NCBI RefSeq assembly: GCF_018350175.1
Contig: NC_058368.1
Span: 16,866,001 to 16,930,000, forward strand
Direction of reading: 5' to 3'
DNA: 64,000 nt
From: Felis catus
Lineage: Eukaryota
This document shows positions 26,110-39,400 of this stretch, piece after piece (position 1 is the stretch's first letter; each line of letters starts with the position of its first letter). The position numbers were made by a program, and so were the translations under genes. A model generated the notes under the pieces. It saw nothing but the letters and a program-made list of their open reading frames with translations. It searched no databases and had not been told where the DNA came from.

Positions 26110-26284
26110 TCTTTTTTAATTTGAGAGAGAGAGGAGACAGAGCAGGGGAGAGGGGTACAGAGAGAGAATCTCAGGCAGGCTCCATGCTGTGCATGATGCG
26201 GGGCTCTATCCCACAACCTTAGAATCATGACCTGCGCTGAAATCAAGAATCTGTTACTCAACCAACTGAGCCACTCAGCGCCTC
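26110..26284 (-). mobile_element. Can-SINE
   Basis: TSD tgac(c/a)atttcactcat. Confidence 0.9.
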
Positions 26285-26436
26285 TGACAATTTCACTCAT
26301 ACTTGGTTTTTTATAGTCCTGTTTCCAAATTTAGTGCTTAAGACTATACACAGACCTGATATCGCTTTCCTCTGGTACCATCCAGTTTATGTGTTTCTGT
26401 CTTTCTTTTTTTTTTTCTCTGTCTCTCTTCCTTTCC

Positions 26437-26471
<35 letters not shown>

Positions 26472-26589
26472 GAGTCCCAGTGTTCACCTTATTGAGGAAG
26501 AGTGGAAGGATCATATCTCTAATATTCTTATGGATTACTAAACAGATTGTTGTAAATAATACTCATTTAAAATTATGTAAGTTTCTTTA

Positions 26590-26816
26590 GGGGTGCCTGG
26601 GTGGCTCAGTCGGTTAAGCGTCCAACTTCAGTTCAGGTCACAATCTCACTGTCGGTGAGTTTGAGCCCCACGTCGGGCTCTGGGCTGATGGCTCAGAGCC
26701 TGGAGCCTGCTTCCGATTCTGTGTCTCCCTCTCTCTCTGACCCTCCCCCGTTCATGCTCTGTCTCTCTGTCTCAAAAATAAATAAACGTTAAAAAAAATT
26801 TTTTTAAAGAAATAAT
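26590..26816 (+). mobile_element. Can-SINE (SINEC_Fc-type)
   Basis: Full element; TSD aaaattatgtaag(t/g)ttcttt. Confidence 0.95.
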
Positions 26817-26986
26817 AAAATTATGTAAGGTTCTTTCAATTAAGTATTGTAAGAATTAAGTAGAATTAAAAATAATCTCTAAAACTAAAGGTGGCCATCG
26901 GCATTCAATTAAGATAGTATCTTAGCAATTATCCAACCAATATATACTATATGACTAATAAAACATAAATAGAACTTTAGCATTTT

Positions 26987-27220
26987 CTTTGTTTTTTTTT
27001 TTAGTTTTTTTTTAATGTTTATTTATTTTTGAGACAGAGAGAGACAGAGCATGAACGGGGGAGGGGCAGAGAGAGGGAGACACAGAATCTGAAACAGGCT
27101 CCAGGCTCTGAGCTGTGAGCACAGAGCCTGACGCGGGGGTCGGGCTCGAACTCACGGACCGCGAGATCACGACCTGAGCGGAAGTTGGCCACTCAACCAA
27201 CTGAGCCACCCAGGCGCCCC
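26987..27220 (-). mobile_element. Can-SINE (SINEC_Fc-type, CpG-rich, young)
   Basis: TSD gaactttagcattttc; many CpGs retained. Confidence 0.95.
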
Positions 27221-27277
27221 TGAACTTTAGCATTTTCAACATGTGTCAAGTGATGAAGGTTGAAAATGAAAACAGAG

Positions 27278-27315
27278 AGGGAGGAAGGAAGGAAGGAAGG
27301 AAGGAAGGAAGGAAG
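27278..27315. repeat. (GGAA)n microsatellite
   Basis: ggaaggaaggaaggaaggaaggaaggaaggaa. Confidence 0.95.
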
Positions 27316-27479
27316 AGAGGAAGAAAGACATAAAGATGTAAAGACATGAAAGAAAAAAGAGAGGGAAGAAAGGAAAGAGCAGTTGCAGGAGTAAGTGGGT
27401 GTTGGAAATAAAAAAGTCAAATAGAGTTTTAGGGAAATTACTTAGGTAGAAATTCCATTAATAAGACATCAAGAAATAT

Positions 27480-28880
27480 AGTTGATTTCTATATATTGAT
27501 TTGGATGTAGTAACTCTACCTAATTCACTTAATAATGCTAATAATTTATTTGTAAAGTCTTTTACATTTTCTAAATATACAATTATAAAGCTTCTTAAAT
27601 ACATGCGATAGTGTTCATTAGCTTGTGGAAATTCTCATCCAGTGTATTTTCAAATATGGTTTCTACTCAATCTCTCTTCTTCTGGGACTCACTGTTCCTA
27701 TGTTAAAACTTTCCACCATGGCCTATATGTCTTTTGTATATTTTATTATCCTTTTTTCTCCTCTCTGGGCATCTTCCTGATACTTTTTTTTACTGACCTA
27801 TCTTCCAGATCACTGATTTTGTCTTCTGATGTTTTTAACCTTCCGTTACAACTATTGAATTCTTAACTTGGGTTATTACATTTTTTTTTAATTTCAACCA
27901 TGTTGTTCTTTTTGTGTGTGTATGAATGTTGGCCCTCTATTGAAATTCTTCGTAACTTGCCCTAAGATCTTATACATGTTAATCACAATTATTTTGATGC
28001 CCCTGTTTCATAACCCCAAATCTCAATCACAAAGTGGTTTCTTTTACCTATTTTTTCTCTTCATTTTCAGTGAGTGACCTTATGCGTTTGCTTGTTTTGC
28101 TTTAACCATGCTTTGTAATTTTGGATAAGATGCTGAAAATTTTGTGTACAATATTGTAGAGCTTCTGGGTGATGTTATCTACTAAGGAACTTAAATTTTT
28201 CTTTTGGTAGGCAGATGGACAGTGATTTATCTTGATATTTCCAAGCATCAGTTTGGGATTTGTACTAGCTGTTGTATTTCAGATTTATATTTAACCTTAC
28301 TCTCTCCTACTTACTTCCAGAGCATGGTACTTACTTTAAGACCCCACTGGCATCTAAAGTCAAATCTGGGCCACACAATCACTAAAGTCTCAGTCCAGAG
28401 CTATCGCCTCTTAGCTATTTTTCTCTGCTGAATTTCCTAGCGGTTTTCCCCTAGGCAAGCACAGTTGAGGACTAACCTTGGACTTAAGAACAATTTATAT
28501 GTAGATTTGGGAGTTCATCTCTCTGCTCTCCCCTTCTCTCCAAGACTCTATTGTTTACATTACAGCCCATCTGGAAACCCCAAACTGCAACTTTGTTTCT
28601 CTGCAGCTAAGCAGGGCTGCTGACTGCTGCTTGGGGCTTCTGCTCTCAAGAGGTAAACGGAAAATTTCCTTAAAGAAGATGCTGAGATGAATGGGGGGAG
28701 TCACAGACTATGCTTCCTTCCCTCACAGACTTGAATTGCTCACATCCTGCTTGTATTTTTTGCTCTCCTTTGTGCTCACATGGTTGTTTTTAAAAACTAC
28801 ATTTTGTCCAGCTTTGATCATTATTTTAACAGAAAAGATAGTACAGTGTGAGTTTCTCTGTCATTATCAATGCTTAAATT
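27480..28880 (-). mobile_element. Very old L1 (L1ME/L1M-like) antisense fragments
   Basis: T-rich antisense ORF1-type motifs (tctctcttcttctgggactc; tactgacctatcttccagatcactgatt) like those at 1200-1450 and 33780-33930. Confidence 0.6.
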
Positions 28881-30183
28881 TTGATTTGTTACTGAAACAG
28901 CATAATTATTGTAGCTTAAACAACCTGACATGTCACATAGGAAATTATGGTTAGCGTGTATAATCCCATTCAGATCTGGTTGCAAACACTCATTTGGTAT
29001 TTTTACCTAACATGATGCATCTCCGTTATGCGTTGGCCTAAATTTTTGCTCAATCTTATGTGTTTTTAAGATGATGCAGGCAGGGCCTACTGATGAATCT
29101 GAACACTACATCATCGGGGCTAAATGAAATATCAAAGAAGGAATTGATAAGATAAAGATGTGGGGTATGGGTGTAAAATATCAATGGAACAAGGTCCCAA
29201 GGGAAATAGCATGGACTATGTTGAGGCAAAAACCAAGAAAGGAAGAGAGTTAGCCTTGCCAAAAGGGAGTGAAAGTTCTTCCTTGGGGATAGAAACGAAG
29301 GAAGAGAGGAGCAGTTAAAGACTTTGAGGAAGGTAAACAGTTAAAGGGACTTTGAGGAAGTTCTTTTTAGCAGTACCTGGAATCGTATACTGAGCGCAAA
29401 AGGGGTGGGGGATAGAACTGGCTGTTTGAGAACGATGAGAAAAATTTGCAATAACTGCAGTAGGAGAAAGATCAACAATATGATTTGATTTTAAGGATTA
29501 TTGAGGCGCATTAAGAGTTTACCTTAGGTTTGATAGCATGGAATGAATCTCATGGGCATTGGCATTATATCTAAGAAAGCACAAATAGAGTAGACAACAG
29601 ATAATGTAGGCGTAGTACTTTATAGCATCAAGAGAATAAGAAATTCTGAGACCTCAGTAAATAGCAAACTGCACTCTAATTATTGCCTAGTAAAAATGGT
29701 TATATCATATGCTACATTTGGAAATCATTTTGAAATTTCAGAAAGTGCTAGCTGGGCCGAGAACACGATAAAGCCAACCTGGGAAATAAGAAGACTGCAA
29801 GAGGAGAGTCATGGGTAAAGATGGATCCGGAAAGTGGAAAACCTAAAGGTCTGTGGTCAGAGATTGGCATCCTATACGTGAAACACCTTCAAATGGTAAT
29901 GCATGCGTTATTTTGACCAAATATAAGGTGGCTGAAATGTGGAGGAAGGAGCTGATTAGATCAAGAAAGAATTTTTGAAGTCAGTTTTGTGGCTTTTTTT
30001 TTTAATTAAAAAAATTTCATTCCACAGCACCAATGTTGTGAAAAATATAGCCTTGACAATTCATTATAAAGCCATCTTATGTTTAGATAAATATGAAATC
30101 ACTGTTTTAAATCAGTAAAGTGGCATTAAGGGTGGCAGAATTCCAAGTTTGAACTTTGAGCATCACAGGCATAAATATTTTAC

Positions 30184-30222
30184 CGCTCTGCAGATACCTT
30201 TTATTCAATTTTATCAGAAGTC
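30184..30222 (-). CDS. Candidate exon B3 (GLLIKLNKRYLQS), phase 1 to 1
   Basis: ttgtgtttgaaatatgcag|GA CTT CTG ATA AAA TTG AAT AAA AGG TAT CTG CAG AGC G|gtaaaa. 39 nt in unique sequence. Confidence 0.27.
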
Positions 30223-30879
30223 CTGCATATTTCAAACACAATGTCTGTTTCAGAGATCTGATCCAATGCATATGCATATTGTTATTTTTCATCTTTAATT
30301 CTAGTTTCTATTCATTACCTAGAAATGTTTTATAAATGCAAATTACCCAAAGAATGAATTTTTTCTTAATTTAGGATGAAGTTCTTATCCACTTTACAAA
30401 AGAGTAGACATACACTTTTCTTAACTAGAATAACAATTTAAATGTCACGTCCTGGATATCAGTCTCATCCCACCGAACCAATAAATAGTTCTTTAAATTG
30501 CTGACTTTCAGTTCATTAATTTTAGTCTTATTTTTTTACTTCTCTTTCTCTGGCAGTATTTCTTAGATTATTCAGTGGGGTCCCTGAGAGCAATATTATC
30601 ACACACATGGAGAATGATAAATTTGCATTCTATGTCTTGAATCCTAGCGACATCATTAAATGGGTTCTTTGTTACAAGTTATAGATATGATTAACTAATT
30701 ATGCTCTGAAGTGGGTTTCACCTGCATGAGTATACAGATCTGTGTAAGAGGGAGAGTATCTATTATGCATTCATGCATTAGATCTCTAAGGCCACTAGAC
30801 GAAAATGTACTTTATTAAAACTACTAATAAGTTAAATGAAATAATTCAAAATGAGAAAAATATGAAATGTTTATATTTT

Positions 30880-31920
30880 AAAGTTAAATGTGATACATGC
30901 AAAGGTTTACAGCAGCTTTATTTAGAACCACCAGAAGCTAGAAACAACCCAGAGGTTTTGCAACTAGTCAAAAACTAGTCGATGAAGGAACAAACTATGG
31001 TTACAATACATAATAGAATAGTTGGTACACACAATGTGAATAACTCTAAAATACAATACGCTAAGTTAAAGAAGAAAACCCGAAAAGACTACATGCTGCA
31101 TGGTTCCATTTATGTACTACATTCAGCAAAGGCAAGACATAGGTATAGAAAACATATCAATGGTTGCTAGAGAATGCGAGGTAGAGTATTTGAGCATAAA
31201 GGGGCAGGAGAATTTTTGAAAGGTGCTAGCACTGCTCTACGTTTAGGGTGCCTGGATAGTTGGTTAAGCCTCTGACTTTTGATTTCAGCTCAAGTCATGG
31301 TCTCAAGGTTTGTGAGATCAAGCCCTGCCTTGAGCTCTGCACTGGCAATGGGGAGCCTGCTTGAGATTCTCTCTCTGCCCCTCTCCTGCACACTCTCTCT
31401 CTTTCTCTCTCAATAAATAAATAAATCTTAAAAAAAAAAAAAAGCTGTTCCATGTCTACCTAGTTGTGCTGGTTGCCCAGGTATGCATTTGTCAACGCTC
31501 ATAGAATTGTACACTGGAGAGGGTGTGTTTTGATTTGTGTGAGGTATACTTCTATAAATCTCACTAAAAAAAATTAAAAACCTTTATTTTATAATCACGC
31601 ATGATGCTCTAAGAAGGTTACAATATCACATCTGTAGTTTTGTACCAAAAATGTATTATCTCAATCTAGTCATGAGAAGACAAAAATGACAGATTGGGGG
31701 GGGGGGCATTCCACAAAACAACTAGACAGTGAGCCTCAAAACTATGAAAGCCGTGAGAGTCAGAGAAACGCTCAAGAATTTTTACAGACTTGAAGAGACT
31801 AAGGAGATCTGACAATGAAATGAAATTTCAAGTTCTGGCTGCTGGACAAGAAAATGTATTAGTAGGACAACTGGCAAATTTGAAGGTCTGTAAGTAGTTA
31901 ATAATATCGTATTCATGTTC
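30880..31920 (+). mobile_element. Old L1 3' end fragments (L1ME/L1MC-like)
   Basis: tttacagcagctttattt...gctagaaacaaccc; tatgcatttgtcaacgctcatagaattgtacac; gaagagactaaggagatctgacaatgaaatg. Confidence 0.7.
31246..31443 (+). mobile_element. Can-SINE inserted in L1
   Basis: Head gggtgcctgg, core, CT tract and A tail. Confidence 0.9.
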
Positions 31921-32046
31921 CAAAGCAGGCTCCAGATTCTGAGTTGTCAGCACAGAGACCTATGAAGTGCTCGAACCCATGAACTGTGAGATCATGACCT
32001 GAGCTGAAGTCGATGCTCAACCAACTGAGCCACCCAACAGTGCCCC
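31920..32046 (-). mobile_element. Can-SINE 5' half (tail missing)
   Basis: gcaggctccagattctgagttgtcagcacagag...actgagccaccc; abuts L1 sequence with no T tract. Confidence 0.85.
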
Positions 32047-32599
32047 TTTTTTTAAATAACAAAGTTTAAAAATATAAATGGTCCAGAATTTCACTTTCTT
32101 CATCAAATGTATTAGATGGTTGTAGCCTTCCCATTAGTAACAACAGGTTTGTATAAAACTTTACAAGTTTTTAAAAGACATTTTAAAAGCATCATAGAGC
32201 TGTGGAATCAAAAAGCACTAGATGACCTTAAATACCAAGCAAGGAAAATACTTCCCTACATAATCACTGCTGGCCCTCTTATTTCCTATCCAAATCTGCC
32301 ATGCCTAGGCATGAACTGAGCATCAAGCTTTTTACTGACAGAGAAATATTCTAAAAAAAAGACAAAGCAACTGAGATTTTGATGGTTATTTGGGTTGAAA
32401 TCTAGAGGATGCTCAAATAAATTGCCCACTTTACCAACTAGGACATTTGTGACTCTGAAGTGTCACAGGAGACCGGGAGTATAAACCTACTAGGTAGGGT
32501 CAAATCTCCCACAGTCTTGAGGCATGACCATTTTCAGGATTCTAGGTGTCTGTTGTTATAACCATCCTCTAGATATTTCCAGAGATCCTATACCTTTTC

Positions 32600-32778
32600 T
32601 TTTTCCTTTTTTTAAGTTTATTTAATTATTTTGAGAGAGAGAGCACAGGGGAGGGGCAGAAATAGAAGGAGAGAGAATCCCAAGCAGGATGCAGGGCTTG
32701 AACTCACGAACTGTGAGATCACAACCTGACCTGAAATTAGAGTTGGAGGCTTAACTGACCGAGCCACCCAGGAGCCCC
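32600..32778 (-). mobile_element. Can-SINE
   Basis: T tail, AG tract, gagccacccaggagcccc. Confidence 0.9.
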
Positions 32779-32891
32779 TTTCTTTATAGGCCACAGATCT
32801 CTCTAAAAGTAAGAAATATTACAAGTATTATGGGCAAAATAAGTAAGTCCTCTAGAGATGGTCTGAACATGCAACTGACACAAAGTCATAC

Positions 32892-33070
32892 CAGAGGGGA
32901 TTGCAACAAATCCGTGAGCATTCTCTTCCTCAAGATATTTGTCACATGTTGAGTCCATATGTATGACTGGCTTAAAAACTAACTTAAAATATCCAAAGAC
33001 CACAACTTCCATGGCGGAAGAGGAAGGGACTACTGGTTTTTCTATGAAGCCCATGTGGGCCATACCCAAA
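32892..33070 (-). CDS. Candidate exon B2 (LGMAHMGFIEKPVVPSSSAMEVVVFGYFKLVFKPVIHMDSTCDKYLEEENAHGFVAIPS), phase 2 to 1
   Basis: Acceptor ccttctgcttttaattttccag| and donor CTG|gtatga. 179 nt open, within ORF 32803..33069. May overlap very old L1 5' sequence. Confidence 0.27.
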
Positions 33071-33394
33071 CTGGAAAATTAAAAGCAGAAGGAAATTTCT
33101 CACGGATTTACAGTTCTAAGAAGACAAAGTCTTGCTAGAAGGAATGATGAGGCATATAGAGACAGATGTCACTTGAGTCTAAGTAAAACTGCCACCTTGC
33201 CCTGACTCAGCTCAATTATAATAACACTTATATAATCACAATATTATCATATCTGCCAACAGAGGAAAGTGTGAACTATACCTAGGGAAAAATAACACTG
33301 ATTGTTGTCTCTATAATTCCTTAAACAATGTATATGGCATGGAGTTAAAAAAACCTCTATGGATACTATATATACTATTTATTCATTTACTTAC

Positions 33395-33595
33395 TTTTTA
33401 AGTTTAGTTGACACACAATGATACATTGGTTTCAAGCAAATGACTTAGTTATTTGGCAAGTTTATACATTATGCTTTGTTCACCATGGTGTAACTACCAT
33501 CTGTCCAATTACATTGTCATTATAATATCGTTGACTATATTCCTTATGTTGTGCCTTTTATTCCCGAGATTTACTCATTCCATAACTGGAAGTCT
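33395..33595 (-). mobile_element. Carnivore L1 3' end fragment (L1_Carn-like)
   Basis: tagttgacacacaatgatacattggtttcaag...tgtaactaccatctgtc...tgactatattccttatgttgtgcc. Confidence 0.75.
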
Positions 33596-33599
33596 GTGG

Positions 33600-34523
33600 A
33601 ATAGGACTTTAAAAATAACTATGATTATTAATTTAAAGTAAATAGAGGAAGAGGTAGGTGAAAATAATGGGAAAAAATGAGAATAAACAAAAAGTAAGAC
33701 TCTCTAAAACAGTATAAAATTGGCAATCTGAAACTATAAACAGTACATGAAATTAAAAACAGCAGACTAGACATGGCAGAACACAGAATAAGTGACATTG
33801 GATTCCAGTTAAGAGAAGATATAAAGACTGAAAATAGAGAAAACTAAAAATTATAAGACAGAATGTAGCCTAAGAGATTTATACAATATAGTCAAAAAGT
33901 CTAATATGTGTATAACTGGAGTCCCAGAAGGAAAACCAAGACAGAATGGTAGAGAAGCAATATTGAATACATAATGGGCAATAATTTCCCACAGCTGATT
34001 AAAGATGTCAATGACCAGATTGAAAATCTTTATGAATCGAAAGAACGCAACAATGAGGTTCATCATAGCAAACCACTTAATACCAAAGACACAGAGAAAA
34101 TTCTACTTACAACCTTCATCTTCAAGAAAGTAACAATCTCACACATACACATTTTCAAGTGTGTATAAGGCACAGACCAAAATGGATGACAGGTTGGGGA
34201 ATAAAGCAAGACTCAATAAATTTCAAACAATTGAAGTCTCTGATTTACAATGGAATTAATCTACAAGTAAAGAACAGAGGGGCACATGGGTAGCTCAGTT
34301 GGTTGAGCATCCAACTCTTCATGTCATCTCAGGTTATGATCCCAGGGTCATGAGATTGAGGCCTTAACAGGGCCTCAGTTGGTTAAGAGTCTGACTTCAG
34401 CTCAGGTCATGATCTTGTAGTTTGTGGGTTTGAGCCCCCTTTTGGGCTTTGTGCTGACAGCTCAGAGCCTGGAACCTGCTTTGGATTCTGTGTCTCCCTC
34501 TCTCTCTGCCCCTCCTCTGCTTG

Positions 34524-34555
<32 letters not shown>

Positions 34556-35700
34556 AATAAATAATAGAAACAATAAAAAATTTTTAAAAAGATTCTCTCT
34601 CTCCCTCTGAACCTCTTCCCTGCTCACACTCTCTCTAAAATAAAAAAAAAAAAAGAATAATAATGATAATAGAAAAGCAATGGGAAAATCCCTAAACATT
34701 TATAAGTTAAATAAGATACTTCTAAATAATTATGGGTCAAAAGAATAATCTCAGAAGAGATAAGAAATATTTTAATTTCATAATAATAAAATGATAGCAA
34801 AGGAAACATCGCAAAATGTGTCTAAAGGACTCAAAATAAATGGATATAGTATAAAGAGGAAATATTGAAAATTAGTGATATAAGCTTCCATTTCCAGAAG
34901 CACAGTAAAAGAACAGCAAATTCAACTCAAAGAAATTAAAAACAAGGAAATAATATAGAGAACAGCAGAACAAATCAATAAAAATAAAAACAAACTTACA
35001 TTAAAGAAAATCAATAAGGATAAGGCATATACTCAATACGAAAAAATGGAAAAAGACTTGAGCTGGAACTCCACAGAAAAAGATACCTAAATAGCCTATA
35101 AATATGAACAGTTCCTCAACTTCTTTAGTCAAGAGTGAAATAATTCAATTAAAACCACAGTGAACCCCAATTAAAACTACACAATGACCAGAATGACTAA
35201 AATGAAAAATGCAGACAATAGCACATAACTCTGAGGATGTGGACTACAGAAATTCTCTCACACGGCTTCGGGAAATTACCAGTACCTACTAAGGCTAACT
35301 ATGTGTATGCCCAATGATCTAGAAAATGCCACTCCAAGTTGAGTATTTACATTCCTCTACAAAGACATGTACAGATGTTCATTACAGCACTCTGTAGCAT
35401 AGCCCAAAACTAGAAAGTAGCCAAAAAATCGATCAAAAATACTAGGCATAAATACATTATGCCACATTCGCACAACCGGATGCCCCAGAGCAATGAGAAC
35501 GAATGAAGACCGTTACACGGAAGAGATGGACGAACCTCACAAACACGCATATTGTTCAAGAGGAGCCCGACATAAGGGAGTACTTATTACAGGGCTGCAT
35601 TTACATGAATTGCAAAATCTAGCAAAACTAAAGACTGTATATTTACAAGTTCGTATACGGGAACTAAAATTTTAAAGAAACTGAGGAGAAATATTGCAAA
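33600..35700 (+). mobile_element. Old L1 (ORF1 end, ORF2 remnants, 3' end), fragmented
   Basis: tctaatatgtgtataactggagtcccagaagg (ORF1 IGVPE motif); ctcaataaatttcaaac (ORF2 LNKF); attaaaaccacagtga; L1 3'UTR motifs. Confidence 0.8.
34278..34660 (+). mobile_element. Nested Can-SINE pair (younger ~34372-34590 inside older 34278-34660)
   Basis: Two heads and two CT-tract/A-tail ends in the order head1-head2-tail2-tail1. Confidence 0.85.
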
Positions 35701-36261
35701 ATCCAAGACTGTCCAAGGAAAGAGACTCAGGTGCTCACACTACTTACTCTTCAACAAGTACGGTATGGCATTTTTAAAAATGCTAACTGAGCGATCTCTT
35801 ATAAAAATAGGCATACTTTATACATTGTCAAATTAAAAATGATATCTTAGTGATATATGAAAGAAAAGTGTAAATACTTTTTACTCCAGTCTGAATCAGA
35901 GAGCAGGCATCAGTCTATACTTCCAAGCTCATTGATATAAAACAATATCACCATAAAACTTGCTACCAAGGTTACTCTTTAGAGGACTGTATTGAAGTTT
36001 TCACCAGAAGCGAATATGGATTTTCTATATTAAATAGAACTTTCCAAAACTGCAATACCTGGAAAATTAGATGGGAATTAGCAAGTTGCAGTGTTGCAAA
36101 CTATAAGAAGTTACAATTTCCTGGTTAACAGAGTTTGAGGCATAGAATGATAAGAGATGAACTTCAACAAGTAAAGAAAAGATTGATTATGGAGAACAAG
36201 AACCTTGTCCCATCTCAGGAACTAATACTTTATCTGCCGTGTGCTGGGAAATTACTGAATC

Positions 36262-36447
36262 CTTTTTTAAAAATTTATTTATTTTGAGACAGAGACAGAG
36301 AGAGACAGAGAGAGCGTGATTGGGGAGGGGCAGAGAGAAAGGGAGAGAGAGAGAATTCCAGGCAAGCCCCGTGCTGTCAGCGGGATCATGACCTGAGCTG
36401 AAATCAAGAGTCGGACACTTAGCTGACAGAGCCACCCAGGCGCCCCA
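36262..36447 (-). mobile_element. Can-SINE with internal deletion
   Basis: TSD actgaatcctttt. Confidence 0.9.
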
Positions 36448-37499
36448 TCACTGAATCCTTTTCAACAGAGAACACCCATGGTTGGATGTGCACTTTAGGT
36501 AAATTAATCTGGTGGCAATGTGGAAGCCTAAATATGAAATGCTAAATAGCAACAGATTTTCTCATTCTAAAAGAGGCTACAAAAACTAGAGTGATAATTT
36601 CTTCTTATATTTTTTGAATCTCTGTGTAGTTTAACTTTCAAAGACTCACTAGTGCCAACAGAATAACATTCAAAAGAAGATCATTGCCAACATAAAGTCC
36701 TTCATTCTCTTTACCAGGATTATTTGCTGGTGCAGTTTCTCAACTCAGAGTCTAAGGACCTCAAGACTCTTGTTCTTGTCCAAGAGAAGTCAATTTTCTT
36801 GTCTAGTGAAATTTCTCTCCTCTGCCTTTCCCTCCATTAGCTATTTCTTTCTTTGTGTGAGTTAATCTCTTCTTCCCCTTCAGTCCCTGAAAACTAAGTT
36901 TAAACCTCTATTATGCACTTACTTTATTCTATCCTACATTGTTCTCAGTTGCTTACGCTCTAGTCTTTCTCATGAGATTTTGGCATTACTCTATGAAACA
37001 CTGTCACCACTCTCTGCTACCTTATACATTATGATTGTTCAATAATTTTGTAATGAACAAACCTCTATATGTTAGCCTGGGAAATAAGGGTTTTCTTCTC
37101 TCAAGGGAATGTTTTTAAAAATAGCTAAAATGGGCTATATTTATAATATACACTGGGCACATATCAGACATTCTTTCAGACCATACAAGCTAAAGGAAGG
37201 CAATACTGCCCCCCAAGGAGGCAAACTTTGGTCTGGAGGGAGTTGGGAAACAAACAAACAAACAAAACCTTAAATATTATATCATTTTTAAGCCTCCAAA
37301 GGGCCAGAACACACTATGGTATTAAAACTTTCACAGGCCAGAAATGATAATGAAAAAATACCTTAAAAGACTGTATATGGAGTGCAATTTTTTTAAAGAG
37401 TGAGAAATATTTTCCTAAGGACATAGTAGAGAACAGACAGGTGATATGCTTACTCCAGTGGTGGTCATGTTGTAGAAAGAAAATACAGACCAAGAGACG

Positions 37500-38800
37500 A
37501 GTATGGAAGCAATATGTGAGATGGTGAACAATGCCCTCATTAAATCAGGGTGAATAAACAGGGTTTTGAGATAGATGAACAGAGAGGTTGCTTTAAATTG
37601 GAAGGTTAAGATTGGCCTCTCTGATGACAGAAACTTTAAAATGAGTTGTATCTAAATTTATAAAGAGCCGAACATTCTAAAGTGTAGGGGAAGGGAATTC
37701 AAGGCAGAGAAAACAGTATAAAGGCCCTAAGTTAAAGATTGGCTTGTTATATTTGAGGAGCAGAAAACTCGTGCTTATGAGGCAATAGTGGGCATGGGAG
37801 TAAAGTCAAAAGGCGGTTCTTTTTAACTTGGGGAGATAACAGCATCCGCTTACACTAATGGGACTTAAGTCTCACTGCAGATTTAATACTGGGAGGAAGG
37901 AGAAACGCTGGGCTGCTATCCTTGGATGCAATAGGGGAGGAGGGCTCAGTGCACAATGTGAGGATTGATTTGAAACCAGCTCATGAATATTTTCTCTTAT
38001 GGTACAGTAGGCAGGAAGGTTTGTGCAAATGCTAATAGGTAGGTGTTCTCTTCTGAGTGCTTGTATGTTCTGAGTAAAGTACAAAACAAGATCATTGGCT
38101 GGGTGTGCGGACTGGGGAGGAGGTGTTGTAAATGACATGGGATGGGTGGTTGTAATATAGTCTTCTAGGAAAAGGAGTCTACGACCTAGAGAATATGGAG
38201 CCAATGCCTGGGACTTAAACCATTCGAGGTCTATAGTGATGAATTTAAAATGAGAATGTGCATGGTGTTCGCGTCATTGTCTCCAGTCACATTCAGTCGC
38301 ATGGATGCAAATGCACGATGGACGGACATTTGCTTTTAACGACGGTTGTGGTTTTCACGAGCAAGTCTAATGAAAGGAGAGAAGGACAAGGATATAAAGC
38401 ACAAATGCAACGGAATGACTCTAATAATGCTCGACTTAATGAGGACTTAAGTCAGACAGGAAGACAAAGTAGGTACCGAAGAAGTGAAAAAGAGTGAAAG
38501 GTAATGAGATTGATGAATGGCCCCTTTGGGTTAAAGGACTGTAGCACTTGAGAGACTGGGGAGAAATATGCCAGAAAAAAAAAAAAGAAGCGGGGGAGAG
38601 GAGCTGTTCAGAGAATGGTATGAGTGGAACTGAGATTCTAAAGCAGTTGCGGTTACTGGTAATGACAAGGTCTATGCAAGAATTCAGGGAATGGGAGTGA
38701 ATGGTTGAGGCAGGGTGGAAGAGGGCACAGTAATTGGAAGGGAGGAGTTCAAGGAATTGATTTATAGCATTTTTGTCTCTAATTCACCCTCCATATATTT
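37500..38800 (-). mobile_element. L2 LINE fragments, antisense
   Basis: Purine-rich L2 antisense motifs (gggaagggaattcaaggcagag...aaaggccctaag; tgcggttactggtaatgacaaggtct). Confidence 0.6.
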
Positions 38801-39400
38801 ATTGAGGTCATTGGAAATGAAGATAAATCATGTTGAGATGGTGAGCCATTAAAAAAAAAGAAATCGCTTTTATACCTGTTCTGTTAAAGATGAAAGCATA
38901 TCACAGGAAAGAGTGTATTTTGACTATGGTTGGGCTGTTATAAATTCAGACAGAGTAGGGAGTGGGAAGATGGAAGGAATGTCAACGGTCACTACTGATT
39001 TAGTGACATAGACTGTTCAGCTGCCCGATCAGAGTGTGTGTATCAATATGCGAGGAAAGGAAAGTCCCATGAGGGCAAAACAAAGGGAGCGTGGGTAAAA
39101 TTATTGAACACTAAACGGACTTTTTCAAAAATACTTGTAAATATAAGCAATTGGCTTCAGCTCTTCTGACTGCTCTTCATATTTGATATGCATTATTCAA
39201 TGAGTAGTTGAAACCTACTTTAAAAAATCATATTATGAAGTATTCATTCCAATTGCAGCCAAGCCTAATCTCATTTCTTATAAATGTTTAATGTTTTCTA
39301 CAAATTTAAAAGAAAGATAAAGTTACATCGTAGTTTCTGGATCGATTGGTTTTAGCAGCAATATATCCATATGCATGTATATAGAGAGAGACATACATAC

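Noticed and set aside
35970..36105. Overlapping minus-strand exon candidates (FATLQLANSHLIFQ / VLQFWKVLFNIENPYSLL)
   Set aside because: The same CAG|GT site reads as either donor or acceptor, and the phases do not fit the neighbouring candidates.
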